Positions 19,540-29,500 of a stretch of DNA of 64,000 bases are shown one piece after another. Position numbers and translations under genes: made by a program. The notes below the pieces were generated by a model that had not been told where the DNA came from, did no database searches, and saw nothing but the letters and a program-made list of their open reading frames with translations. The stretch's first letter is position 1; each line of letters starts with the position of its first letter. Source of the stretch: Oceanispirochaeta sp. (GTDB lineage: Bacteria > Spirochaetota > Spirochaetia > DSM-2461); NCBI GenBank assembly GCA_963666275.2, contig CAXXOA010000002.1:192001-256000 (forward strand). Reading direction: 5' to 3'.

Positions 19540-19831
19540 TTTTGACTCCTTTGCTTTTATAGTATTCCTGTGAAGCTGTAAAAACAGCCAGGGATAAGTC
19601 CTTTTTCATCTCATCCATTTGATGAAATGAGATATAGACATCTTTTCGAAGCGAATTGTCATAGCTGCGAGGGAGCATAAGACAGAACAGGGAAGCCGCA
19701 AACAGTGCTGCCAGAGAATAGTGTTCAATCCGGCTTTTTTTCTTCCTTCCCAGGGGAAAGGGCGGAACATTCCGGGCTGCAACCTCTGAAGAAAAGTACT
19801 CTTTTACAAGGGTATCAATATCTTTTTTCAT
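19532..19831 (-). CDS. Single-TM protein, putative anti-sigma factor
   Basis: Start overlaps ECF sigma stop; one central TM helix. Confidence 0.6.
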   Translation of the reverse strand: MKKDIDTLVKEYFSSEVAARNVPPFPLGRKKKSRIEHYSLAALFAASLFCLMLPRSYDNSLRKDVYISFHQMDEMKKDLSLAVFTASQEYYKSKGVKND

Positions 19832-20373
19832 ACCACCTCACTCCTTTCCAGTTTTATCTTCAGTTTTTTCCTGCATTCAGACATTCTGTATTTTATTGTT
19901 CCCTCGGGAACTCCTGTTATGAGTGAAATCTCTGAGTATTTCAGCCCTTCATAAAAACTGAGAAAGATGAGCTCCCTCTCCCGGGGACTCAGTTCTCCGA
20001 TTGCCTGACGTATCATATGAATATCATTTTCACGCTGAAAATCATCTTCCGGTGAGGAGTGACCCGATGCAATCTCATCGTCGGGAAAGGTTCTGACAGG
20101 ATCCTTTTTTCTCAAGGCATCAATAAGAGTATGCCTGGCAACAGAATAGATCCATGTGGAAAAAGCATAGTCTCTTTTGTATGTATCCAGTTGTTCCAAA
20201 ACCTGAAGCAGAATGCCCGAGGCAAGATCGGAAGAATCAGAACGGGAGCCTGTAAAATTCTCCGCATAGGTCTGAATCCTGGGATAATACCGGACCCAGA
20301 TCATTTCCATAAGAGACTCTTTTGCTAGTTTATTCTGTTTCCAGAGGTCGTAACGGGCCTCGATGGTATCCAT
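19828..20373 (-). CDS. ECF RNA polymerase sigma factor
   Basis: FSTWIYSVARHTLIDALRK (region 2); LKYSEISLITGVPEGTIKYRM (region 4). Confidence 0.92.
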   Translation of the reverse strand: MDTIEARYDLWKQNKLAKESLMEMIWVRYYPRIQTYAENFTGSRSDSSDLASGILLQVLEQLDTYKRDYAFSTWIYSVARHTLIDALRKKDPVRTFPDDEIASGHSSPEDDFQRENDIHMIRQAIGELSPRERELIFLSFYEGLKYSEISLITGVPEGTIKYRMSECRKKLKIKLERSEVV

Positions 20374-20417
20374 ATACTTATAGTATTCGTAAATAGATGG
20401 AAAAGGTTGGAAAAAAG

Positions 20418-22256
20418 TCAGAGATTCCCGGGGCTGGGTATGCTCTCAGGAGAAAGAGACCTGAAAAAATCGTATTCCCTGGCCAGAGTTTCTATATCAA
20501 GGGAATTCCTGAGAAATACAAGACGGGCCATCTTCTGAATGTCACTTGTAAGAGACCGCCACCTGGACACAAGAGATCTTCTGCTCTCCAGGTAATCCAG
20601 ACAGATCTGCTTTTCCTCATCTCCGGCGTTCCGGCCGGCGGAGACTGCCCGCTCAAAGGCATTTCCCGCCCCCCGATCATACCATTCGGCTGTATTCCGG
20701 AGGATTTTAGCCTCCCTCAACCAGCTGTCTTCTCCTGTATCAAAAAAATTCTGCTGGTATTGAAAGGCTCCCAAACGGCTGGATTCAGCATTCAGAAGAT
20801 ACTGTTCCCACTCCCTGAAATAATAGAAATAGGGATATTCTTCGTATCGGGCGGCATTACGGCTGTTTCTGAATACCATCACATTGCTCTCAATGTCGTA
20901 GAGGCTCCAGAGAGAAGAAACAATCCGGGAAGGCAGGGGTATATTGCTTAAATACCCCAGCAGATCCTCCTGAGAGAGAGTTTCAAAGAGGAGAAAGATA
21001 TTATCTGTCCTATAACCGCCATCGGTCTCATCATAAACAAGAAGCGGCTCTTTCAGCTTCACAAGGATTTCCAGTGACACCGCCTGAAGAGGGTTTCCGT
21101 CCTGAAGCTGACTGATAAGGTACTCCGAAGCGGAGTCTCCATAAGCCTGAATCACTTCCACAGCCCGGGCAGCCACATCCGGGTCGGGATGATTGAAATT
21201 CCCGCTTAAAAAAGGAAGCAGACGGGGATCAAGGAACTTTTCCGCAATACTGAATGAGTGCATCAGAGCCCGGGTGGACTGTGTTTCAACCCTCTGCAGA
21301 AGAGAGGGGATCACTGTATCCGCTCCCAGACGGACAAGGATTTCCACAGATTTCAGGGCTATCCTCCGGTTCTCATCCTCCAGCATCTGCAAAAGAATCG
21401 GGACACTTCGGGAATCCAGAATCCCTTCAACAATCTGAAGCAGACTCAGACGCAGTTCGTTGTCTTCCGACTCCAGGAGAACCGTGTGAAGATAGGGCAG
21501 AGCCGAAACATCGTATTCGGACAGGCCGAACAGGGCCGCAGACCGGATAGAGCTCTCAGAGTCTTTTACAAAAGGAATCAGAACAGGTACCAGCAGAGGG
21601 TCACGGAACCGGGGAAGAGTCTGGACCGCCGTAAGTCTCACAATCGGGTCAGAACTGTCCAGAAGCACCTGAAACCAGGGATGATCCGGATCTCCCAGAG
21701 AGGCAAAAGTTCTGGAGGCGGCAGAGCGGACAATTTCCCTGGGATCGGAATAGAGAGTGAGAAGGTAGATAGCCTCTTCCACGGCGCCCTTCCGGGAAAC
21801 AGCGTTGATGGATGTGAGAAGAAGAGAAACAGATCCGGAATTCAAACCCCTTATGACAGCCTTATCCGCTTCTTCCCACTGATCGAAAAGGATTCTGAAG
21901 GCCTCTTCCGAGACAGTTTCTTCGTCATCCAGAGTGGCTTCCAGAATAGCATCATAGAGATTCTGAGAGGGATTCTTCTCCATGATCTTCAGTACTGTCA
22001 GCTTCACTTCAGGATCCGGATCATCCAGGAGCGCAATGAGGGACTCTTCATCTTCGGGATGCAGGGTATAGACCCGTCCCCTCCGAAGAACATCCTCAAT
22101 GATCCTGTCTTTATCGTCGGAAAAGGTTAATAGTTCGGGAGTAAAAGTACTGCAGCTGTAGAACAGGAACAGGAGAACTGAAAGAAAAAAGAACCTGTAT
22201 CCCGTGCTTCTGGAATATCCCGTCAGCTTATTGATATTTTCACCCTCCCCGCTCAT
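20418..22256 (-). CDS. HEAT-repeat protein, probable lipoprotein
   Basis: Repeated LLDDPDPEVK/DPREIVRSAA/DSESSIRSAA units; FYSC lipobox-like motif; start uncertain. Confidence 0.8.
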   Translation of the reverse strand: MSGEGENINKLTGYSRSTGYRFFFLSVLLFLFYSCSTFTPELLTFSDDKDRIIEDVLRRGRVYTLHPEDEESLIALLDDPDPEVKLTVLKIMEKNPSQNLYDAILEATLDDEETVSEEAFRILFDQWEEADKAVIRGLNSGSVSLLLTSINAVSRKGAVEEAIYLLTLYSDPREIVRSAASRTFASLGDPDHPWFQVLLDSSDPIVRLTAVQTLPRFRDPLLVPVLIPFVKDSESSIRSAALFGLSEYDVSALPYLHTVLLESEDNELRLSLLQIVEGILDSRSVPILLQMLEDENRRIALKSVEILVRLGADTVIPSLLQRVETQSTRALMHSFSIAEKFLDPRLLPFLSGNFNHPDPDVAARAVEVIQAYGDSASEYLISQLQDGNPLQAVSLEILVKLKEPLLVYDETDGGYRTDNIFLLFETLSQEDLLGYLSNIPLPSRIVSSLWSLYDIESNVMVFRNSRNAARYEEYPYFYYFREWEQYLLNAESSRLGAFQYQQNFFDTGEDSWLREAKILRNTAEWYDRGAGNAFERAVSAGRNAGDEEKQICLDYLESRRSLVSRWRSLTSDIQKMARLVFLRNSLDIETLAREYDFFRSLSPESIPSPGNL

Positions 22257-22291
22257 AATAAATTCCCACACCCCCAAAGGAGTCTATAGTA

Positions 22292-23128
22292 ATGAAAGGT
22301 ATCATTGTTGCCGCAGGTTACGGAACCCGGTTCCTGCCTGTAACGAAAACGATCCCCAAAGAAATGCTGCCCCTGATCAATAAACCTTCTATTTCCTTTA
22401 TCATAGAAGAGTTCATCCAGTCGGGTATTAAAGATATTATCGTCATTTCCTCGAGAAGAAAAAAAGTTCTGGAGGATTTTTTTGACAGAGAAGTGGAGAT
22501 GGAGGAGATTTTCCGCCGGGAGGGAGCAGAGAGCAAACTGGAGGCCATCAGGCCTCAGGATGCCCGCTTCTCTTTTATCCGTCAGACAGAAATGATGGGA
22601 ACAGGCCATGCCCTGCTTCAGGCAGCACCCCTGATAGGAAATGAACCTGTAGTCGTCGCCTATCCGGACGACATCCACATGGGCGAAAAACCTCTTGCGG
22701 GACAGCTGATAAAGAGCTATGAAGAAACAGGCTGTTCCGTACTGGCCACCATACACAACCCTCCCCACCTGGAACGTTACGGCGTTCTGGATCTGGCCGA
22801 AGACGGCAGGCATGTAAAAGGGATCATAGAGAAACCGCCTGCGGGACAGGCTCCCAGTAAAGAAGTCTCCATAGGCCGTTACCTGTACACCCCGGAATTT
22901 TTCCACTACCTCCAGGAGGGATGGGAGAAACACCAGGGCGGTGAGTATTACCACATATATGCCCTGACGAAACTGATGGAGCAGAACAAGGTGGTTTTCA
23001 AAGAGACCGAGGGAGAACGTCTTGATACGGGAGAGCCTGCAGGATTCCTCAGAGCCACCCTGAGATACGCTGCCGGAGATCCTGAACTTCTGAAAATAAT
23101 TAAAGAAGAAGCGTCCCTACTGGGCTGA
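22292..23128 (+). CDS. galU: UTP-glucose-1-phosphate uridylyltransferase
   Basis: AAGYGTRFLPVTKTIPKEMLP, GTGHA, IEKP, GRY motifs. Confidence 0.9.
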   Translation: MKGIIVAAGYGTRFLPVTKTIPKEMLPLINKPSISFIIEEFIQSGIKDIIVISSRRKKVLEDFFDREVEMEEIFRREGAESKLEAIRPQDARFSFIRQTEMMGTGHALLQAAPLIGNEPVVVAYPDDIHMGEKPLAGQLIKSYEETGCSVLATIHNPPHLERYGVLDLAEDGRHVKGIIEKPPAGQAPSKEVSIGRYLYTPEFFHYLQEGWEKHQGGEYYHIYALTKLMEQNKVVFKETEGERLDTGEPAGFLRATLRYAAGDPELLKIIKEEASLLG

Positions 23129-23512
23129 CAGGGGGCCTTCGTCCAAATAGGTTCCAAATGTGTAGCGGTCCCGGGGGAAAAGCTGTTTTTTCCGTTCCAC
23201 CAGGTCTACGATCAGGGCCCGGGCCGCACTCTGGAACTCCTCGCTGTGAGCGGCATAGGGACTCATAAAATTATCCAGCTCCCTATCGAAAATGTCTTCC
23301 GGAGCAAAAGAGAGATTCCAGGCAAAAATAACAAAGAAATAGAAGAGTTCCATGTCGGTAAGAACTTCCCTGTAGGGTTCTCCCAGAGTATTGAGAACAC
23401 TCTTCACTTCATCCAGATCCTTTACACTGACCCGCCCGGTCCCGGTCTGGACAAAAAAACCGCTTAAAGCCCTGTTTTCCTCACGACGCTGTTTCTTCTT
23501 ATCCGCTCCCAT
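23117..23512 (-). CDS. Hypothetical protein
   Basis: 131-aa ORF overlapping the GT2 gene end. Confidence 0.65.
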   Translation of the reverse strand: MGADKKKQRREENRALSGFFVQTGTGRVSVKDLDEVKSVLNTLGEPYREVLTDMELFYFFVIFAWNLSFAPEDIFDRELDNFMSPYAAHSEEFQSAARALIVDLVERKKQLFPRDRYTFGTYLDEGPLSAQ

Positions 23513-24398
23513 TGATCTCTCCCGCTATTTTCCTGCTTAATTCCAGATAATATCCTGAAAGCTCCAGAAATGACCGGCCTTCCACTTCTTTTCCCCGTTT
23601 CAGACAGCCTTTGCTGTAGACCCGGCATTTCCCCGCCAGCTCCTCAGCCGCCAGGGACGCCTGAGGCTCCTTAAAATATTCAGAATCAACAAGCTGTTTC
23701 AAGCCCTGTATCCGGAACATCTCAATATGGCCGTACTTTTCAGAAAGCTGTCCCTCATGACCCGCCCTTTTAACAGTCAGGGGCTCATCCAGATAGGCAA
23801 CTTTCTGTTCCGCTGTTATCCGAAGCCAGAACTCATAGTCCTCGGCAATCTCCAGATCCTCCCGGAATCCTCCGGTACTGTGATAGTAATCCGCCCGGAT
23901 CATCACAGTGGAAGGACCGATAATACATTTCTTGAGGGAGTCTGCAAACATGTCTCCTTTCCGGTTATGCCTGAGCTTCGACTGGGAGATAATCCTGCCC
24001 GCCCGATTCCACTCTTCTCTGGTATGGGAGATCATCAGTCCCGGATGCTCCCGATGAAGGGAGTACTGCTTCTCCAGCTTTTCCGGCAGCCAGAGATCAT
24101 CCGAGTCAAGAAAAGCGAGGATCTCCCCCTTCGCTTTTTCGGCGCAGCGGTTTCTCACGGCACCAGGCATTCCTGTATGGGAAAGCTCCAGGACTTCACA
24201 GTCCATGAGATTGGCATCGGTCGTGGAGAGAACTTCTTCAATTACAGTTTTTGTGTGATCTGTAGACCCGTCATCGCCGATAATCAGTTCAAGAGGTCTC
24301 CAGGTCTGATTCAGCACCGATTCAATGGCTTCCCGTATCTGTTCCGGCCTGTTGTAAACCGGTATTATGGCCGAAATAAGAGGCCTTTTATGTTCCAT
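23499..24398 (-). CDS. Glycosyltransferase family 2
   Basis: IIPVYNR, DDGSTD, FLDSDD, EDYEFWLR motifs. Confidence 0.92.
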   Translation of the reverse strand: MEHKRPLISAIIPVYNRPEQIREAIESVLNQTWRPLELIIGDDGSTDHTKTVIEEVLSTTDANLMDCEVLELSHTGMPGAVRNRCAEKAKGEILAFLDSDDLWLPEKLEKQYSLHREHPGLMISHTREEWNRAGRIISQSKLRHNRKGDMFADSLKKCIIGPSTVMIRADYYHSTGGFREDLEIAEDYEFWLRITAEQKVAYLDEPLTVKRAGHEGQLSEKYGHIEMFRIQGLKQLVDSEYFKEPQASLAAEELAGKCRVYSKGCLKRGKEVEGRSFLELSGYYLELSRKIAGEINGSG

Positions 24399-24482
24399 TT
24401 GTGTATTTTATCATAGAAAGGCCCTGTTTTTCGGCCCGTATATTGAGAAATTTGCAAGGCGGGGGTATCATTAATAATACAA

Positions 24483-25739
24483 ATGAAGAGGTATTTCCTT
24501 CTTTACAGTATAGTTATCTCATTCCTTTTAATGACCTGCAATCTGGATCCTTCGTTTGATGAATACGACGGGGAGAACTTCCTGTCCCAGACAGCATGGT
24601 CAGACTGGGCCCTGATGCCGGACTACAGCTTTGAAAGCGGAACCAGTGCCAGTGACTACATGGATTTTTCCCCGGTCAACGGAGAAACCGGCCCCAACGG
24701 CGGAGAAGTTTACCGCCTGGAAATTAAAAATCTCCTCCAGAACGGAGATTTCAGCAGTGGAGTAGTGACTCCCTGGAAGTATTACAACAGGGAAGCCCCG
24801 GGGACACCACCAGCCGCGGCATCCGCTCCGAAAATGACTATAACCAGTTACAGTGGCAATAATAAGGCTGATTTTAACTTACAGCTTAATCCTGGTTCTT
24901 TTGATGACCAACTTTTAATCCGTCCATCAACGGACTTGATTAATGGCAATACCTATTTATCAGGGAAAAATTATTTTTTCCTCTTCAATTACCTTGATAG
25001 CGGTATAGACAAGTATACTCTCTACTTTTTCAGCAACTGGGATACCTTAGCGACAAACCCCTTGGAAAACGGTAAAGATTACCAAACCCAAGCTGGCCAA
25101 AACTATCCTTATACTTCCATACCAGAGGTAGATCCAAATGACCCTACGAAAATTACATTAAACCGGTTTACCGCATCAGGGACAGGATCAAACAACGACT
25201 ACCTGGGATTTGCATCTAAGACCCAGGTGGGAGCTTTTGATGAATTCCGAATTGTCCGGTCTCCTGAGGGAGATTTCGACCTCCGGTTACGACTGAAAAT
25301 GGATGTGGACCACAGACCCGACCTGGATCTGATCAGCGGGTACTACCGTTTCTCGGTCTGGGTAAAACAGGCGGATCTGTCGGGAACAACAAACACCTAC
25401 CATGCTGATCGTGTGGAAGTGGGTATCCACGGCTACGACAGCAATAACCAGTTGAATGTGGATGATGTCCGGGTCTATTACAAAACCCAGGCTCTGGCGG
25501 ATGAGTTTGCCACCAGTACGGGAACCTTTTCGGGAGACTGGTCTTCCAGTTGGGTCGAGCTGGTTCTGGATTCGGAAAACCTGATTCAGCTTCCCAATGT
25601 CTCCACAGATTCTGTTTTTGAGCTGACTCTGTCTCCCTCCAATCCGGGAAGCTCCGACAGCAGTTGGAACCGCCTCTCTCCTGGAACAATCCTTATATCA
25701 GAACCCACTCTGGAGTATTCTGAAACGCCCTGGAATTGA
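24483..25739 (+). CDS. Putative surface lipoprotein with carbohydrate-binding-like segment
   Basis: LLMTC lipobox-like motif; NLLQNGDFSSG motif. Confidence 0.75.
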   Translation: MKRYFLLYSIVISFLLMTCNLDPSFDEYDGENFLSQTAWSDWALMPDYSFESGTSASDYMDFSPVNGETGPNGGEVYRLEIKNLLQNGDFSSGVVTPWKYYNREAPGTPPAAASAPKMTITSYSGNNKADFNLQLNPGSFDDQLLIRPSTDLINGNTYLSGKNYFFLFNYLDSGIDKYTLYFFSNWDTLATNPLENGKDYQTQAGQNYPYTSIPEVDPNDPTKITLNRFTASGTGSNNDYLGFASKTQVGAFDEFRIVRSPEGDFDLRLRLKMDVDHRPDLDLISGYYRFSVWVKQADLSGTTNTYHADRVEVGIHGYDSNNQLNVDDVRVYYKTQALADEFATSTGTFSGDWSSSWVELVLDSENLIQLPNVSTDSVFELTLSPSNPGSSDSSWNRLSPGTILISEPTLEYSETPWN

Positions 25740-25761
25740 CAATTGAAGCAATAAATGTTTT

Positions 25762-26190
25762 TCAGATATTCATATTTTGAAAAAGATGAAGAAACTCCTC
25801 AGGAGTTCTTACTTTCAAATCAGAGCCTGCATAATCTCTAATGTTTCTGGTTACGATATATTCGCATTGATTATCAACAGCTGAAAAATTCTGCATGGCA
25901 TCTTCAAAATCAGAAAACTCCGAATCCAAAGCATCCTGTACGTTTTTAAATGAAACAGTAAGAATACTCAAAAATTTAACGAGATTCCTGAGAAAGAAAC
26001 GGGCCTTCTCATCTCCCCCGTTTTTTCGCAAAATGTAATAAAGATTAGCTACTTCAATGGATGTTATAAAACCATTTATAAGAGAATTATCCGCCATTAC
26101 CAAAACTGTTTTACTTTTTTGATAAAAAGGCTCCCTTCCCAGGGCGACATCCAGTATGACATCAGTATCAATAAACACTCTTCGAGTCAT
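25762..26190 (-). CDS. PIN-domain (VapC-like) toxin
   Basis: VFIDTDVILD, DFEDAMQ, IVTRNIRDY motifs. Confidence 0.9.
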   Translation of the reverse strand: MTRRVFIDTDVILDVALGREPFYQKSKTVLVMADNSLINGFITSIEVANLYYILRKNGGDEKARFFLRNLVKFLSILTVSFKNVQDALDSEFSDFEDAMQNFSAVDNQCEYIVTRNIRDYAGSDLKVRTPEEFLHLFQNMNI

Positions 26191-26441
26191 GAGAATTTTT
26201 CAGTTCTGGCTTCATTAAGCAAATCTTCATAGTCCCTTCCATCATCCTGAAAAAGAGAACTTATCTTATCAACCAGAGGAGAACGAATTGTCTTAATAGA
26301 CCTGTCATCTGTTTTGAGCCCCGTAAGGCCTCCCAGATATTCTTCTACGAGTTTCGAAACACTCTGGTGATGAGATTTGGCATATTTTTTTGCTTCGGAA
26401 ACAACACTTTCATCGATTGTCAAGGTAAGTTTCGTTTGCAT
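26187..26441 (-). CDS. RHH-type antitoxin (DUF6364-like)
   Basis: MQTKLTLTIDESVVSEAKKYAK...SVSKLVEEYL; overlaps PIN start. Confidence 0.85.
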   Translation of the reverse strand: MQTKLTLTIDESVVSEAKKYAKSHHQSVSKLVEEYLGGLTGLKTDDRSIKTIRSPLVDKISSLFQDDGRDYEDLLNEARTEKFS

Positions 26442-26529
26442 CACAGTCTCCTTATACGTATATTCTAACCCCACTTACACGTGTAGTCAACTTTTTAAAA
26501 GAATCATACAGAGAGCAGCTCTCTCCCGG

Positions 26530-29500
26530 TTATTTTACGACCATGACTTTCCGGATTTCATCCACTTCAGGGCCGACAACTCTTATGAAGTAGACGCCCC
26601 GGGCGACTATGCGGCCGCTGTTATTCCGGCCGTCCCAGAGGTACTGATAGGTCCCTTCGGCCTGGCGACCCCGCTGGAGGATCCGGACCATATTTCCGTT
26701 GAGGGCAAAGACCTGTACCGTAACAATCCCCGGATCATCAATGTCATACATCAGGATGGCTTCATCTCCGTTATGGGGGTTGATGATATTATTCAGGATC
26801 GTAACACCACCCCTCTGTTTTCGAATATCCCGGATCTGGAAGGACCAGGGATGGAAGCTGAACACGTCATCCGGATCATCCAGAGCGACACAGGGGAGGC
26901 CGTTGAGCATGAAGTAGAACTCCATGGTATTATCTGTTTCCATCTCTTCATCGGATGAGGAGATAGAGAATTCCTGCAGACCGTTCCCCAGAATAGCTGT
27001 TGGATTCACATACCGGGCTTCGTAGTTGCCCGATGGTGCAAGTTCTTCCTGATAGTAGGGGAGCCAGAGGTTGTTGGTCACCAGATCGGAGGGGACATTG
27101 GCATCGTAGTACATGGACATAGAGAGTCCCTGAAAGGAGGAGGCATTGATCCTGGCCTGCAGGAGAATATCCCGGTCCATGAGTTTTCCGGTTCCGTCAA
27201 ACACTGTCAGAGAGGTTCCTTCCCGGATGTCTTCGCTGTGAATGCCGTCGGAAGCCCAGAGTGGTTCCACAATACCGAATCCCAGATCCGAAACCCTGTA
27301 GACAAGCTGGCTTCTGGCGTAGTTCCCTTCCGAGTCGTATACCGAAAGGGGAAGGATATTAATCGTTGCCGCCAGGATGTCATTCTCGGTTAAAGCGCTG
27401 GAGAAACGGAACCTGTACTCCTGACTGGCAGCTCCTCCGGGCCAGGCTTCGACAGATGTAATGGCAATCCCCGACACGCCGGAGAGAGAGAAGTCCGAAG
27501 CTGTAATGGGAGCCGAAGCCGTATCGTTTCCGTAAACGGGTTCGGAAAATTTGACATATCCCCAGCTATTTCCGGGGACCGCCAGGGTCAGGGATATATT
27601 GGGAGGAACAATTTCCACAGCCCGCTCTTTGGTGAAACTACGGAGCCTGTTGCCCGCATGGTCTGTCAGATAACCTTCATCTTCATCATAATCCACCCAG
27701 AGTTTTGTGAGGGTATCCCAGCTGGTATTGCCCGAGGGGTAGATAGAGAAGTAGGAGTCATCCGCGACACTGATACCGGCCAGAGAGAAAACACTGTTCA
27801 AAACGTCTGTGACAAAGGTAGGACTGGTCAGATCTGCCGGCTCGTTTCCCAGAGGCTGGAATTCGAAAGCGAGAGGGGGAATGCCTTGTAAAGAACTGTC
27901 ACGGATTCCGCCTCCCAGAGCATTGGGATGGTCAGTATCGGAATTCCAGGCGGCCGCATCGGCGGAGTTATCAAGCACATGGAATTCAAACCGGTCAAGG
28001 AATGTATTGGAATCTTCGTCTTCCGGGATAATCTCGTAGGTGGCCGAACCTTTGTAGGGAGCCAGAATGGGGGGATCTACGTCCCAGCCGGTTTCGGTGA
28101 TAGCATTCCAGTCGGAACCAGCTGCATAAGGCATATCTCCGTTTATAAACTCATTGGTACCGTTATTATTGATATTAGCTGTTGCGTTGCCATTAAGATC
28201 CAGGACTCTGGCGTTGGTTATTCCTCGATACTCAACAGTTCCGTTTCCGGGATCTGTCAATGTCACACCATTTGATCCAAGATAACCCGGCCAGAGATTA
28301 TTGGTGACATTATCATAGTATCCGGCAATATTGATTCTTATCTCATAAATATTGTCCCGGTCAATGGAATTCACTAATGGATTGCCGTCCAAAGGGAGAA
28401 CTCCCGAATCAAAAACCCCTTCACCGTTGCCGTCGGCATCATTATCACCGTACTGGAACAACCCTTCTACTGTAACCCAGCCAGGAATTAGCTGATCAGG
28501 TATGTGACCCAGGTTTTCACCGCTGTCCAGACCATAGGTCCCGACCCGTATATTAGTATTGGAGCCAGTTAGAGTTGTTCCCAGAGCTATTCCGGTGGTG
28601 TTGAAATCAATGGGTTCGGAATAGCGTAGAACAAAATAGTTATGTCCGTTGGAATAATCATTTGCTGGAACCGCATCATAGGGGGCGGTTCCGGCTTTCA
28701 CACCGACAAGCACAGGAGGAGCTTCGTCGGTGACCTGATAAAAGTTGGTAAAACCATGATTCCCGTTATCATAGCTTCTTACCGGGTTTTTTCCACCCGC
28801 GTCATAAAAAAGAGACTTAATTAGTGAAAGATCCGGAGAAATATTCCTGTTGTTTCCCGCTGTATCCGTACTGTTCCCGCCGGGGTTGGTATCCATGATA
28901 AATCCGTCCCATCCGGCATCAGTGTTCCAGGATGTATTGCTTGTCCCGATATAGAATGTTGTAAGATCTCCCTGTCCATTGGTTGTACCCAGATTTGTTC
29001 CGTTGACAAAATCAAAATCCACATAGGTATCGGTAATAACAACAGCTTCCGAGTTGGTCAGCATTAATCCTGACCCTATGGCTGAGGATATTTCATTAGA
29101 CGAATTTTCCAAAGGTTCACTGAATGTGAGCCTTATAACATTATCCCAAACAGTTTCCGCCGACAGAAGTCTGGGACGGGTAAAGTCCCATCCATCTACA
29201 GGACCGATCGGGTTGTAGACAGTATTCCCACCTCCATTAGTCACATTGTTGTTTGTTTCTGCCACATTCGGAGCGGTCAGTGTATCAGTCACAGGAGAGG
29301 CCGCAGAGATACTCCCACCGGATACGGACGAGTTCTGTACATTCAGATTGAAAGCCACATTATAGGGAGTTCCCCAGTTGGTTGGATTAGTTCCATTGTT
29401 GAAAACCGGATTTGCAGCTCCAGAACCTCTTACCTGAAGAGTCCATGATCCGACTCCGCCTGTTGCTGTCAGATCGGTTCCGTTGATATATAGGTTTCCA

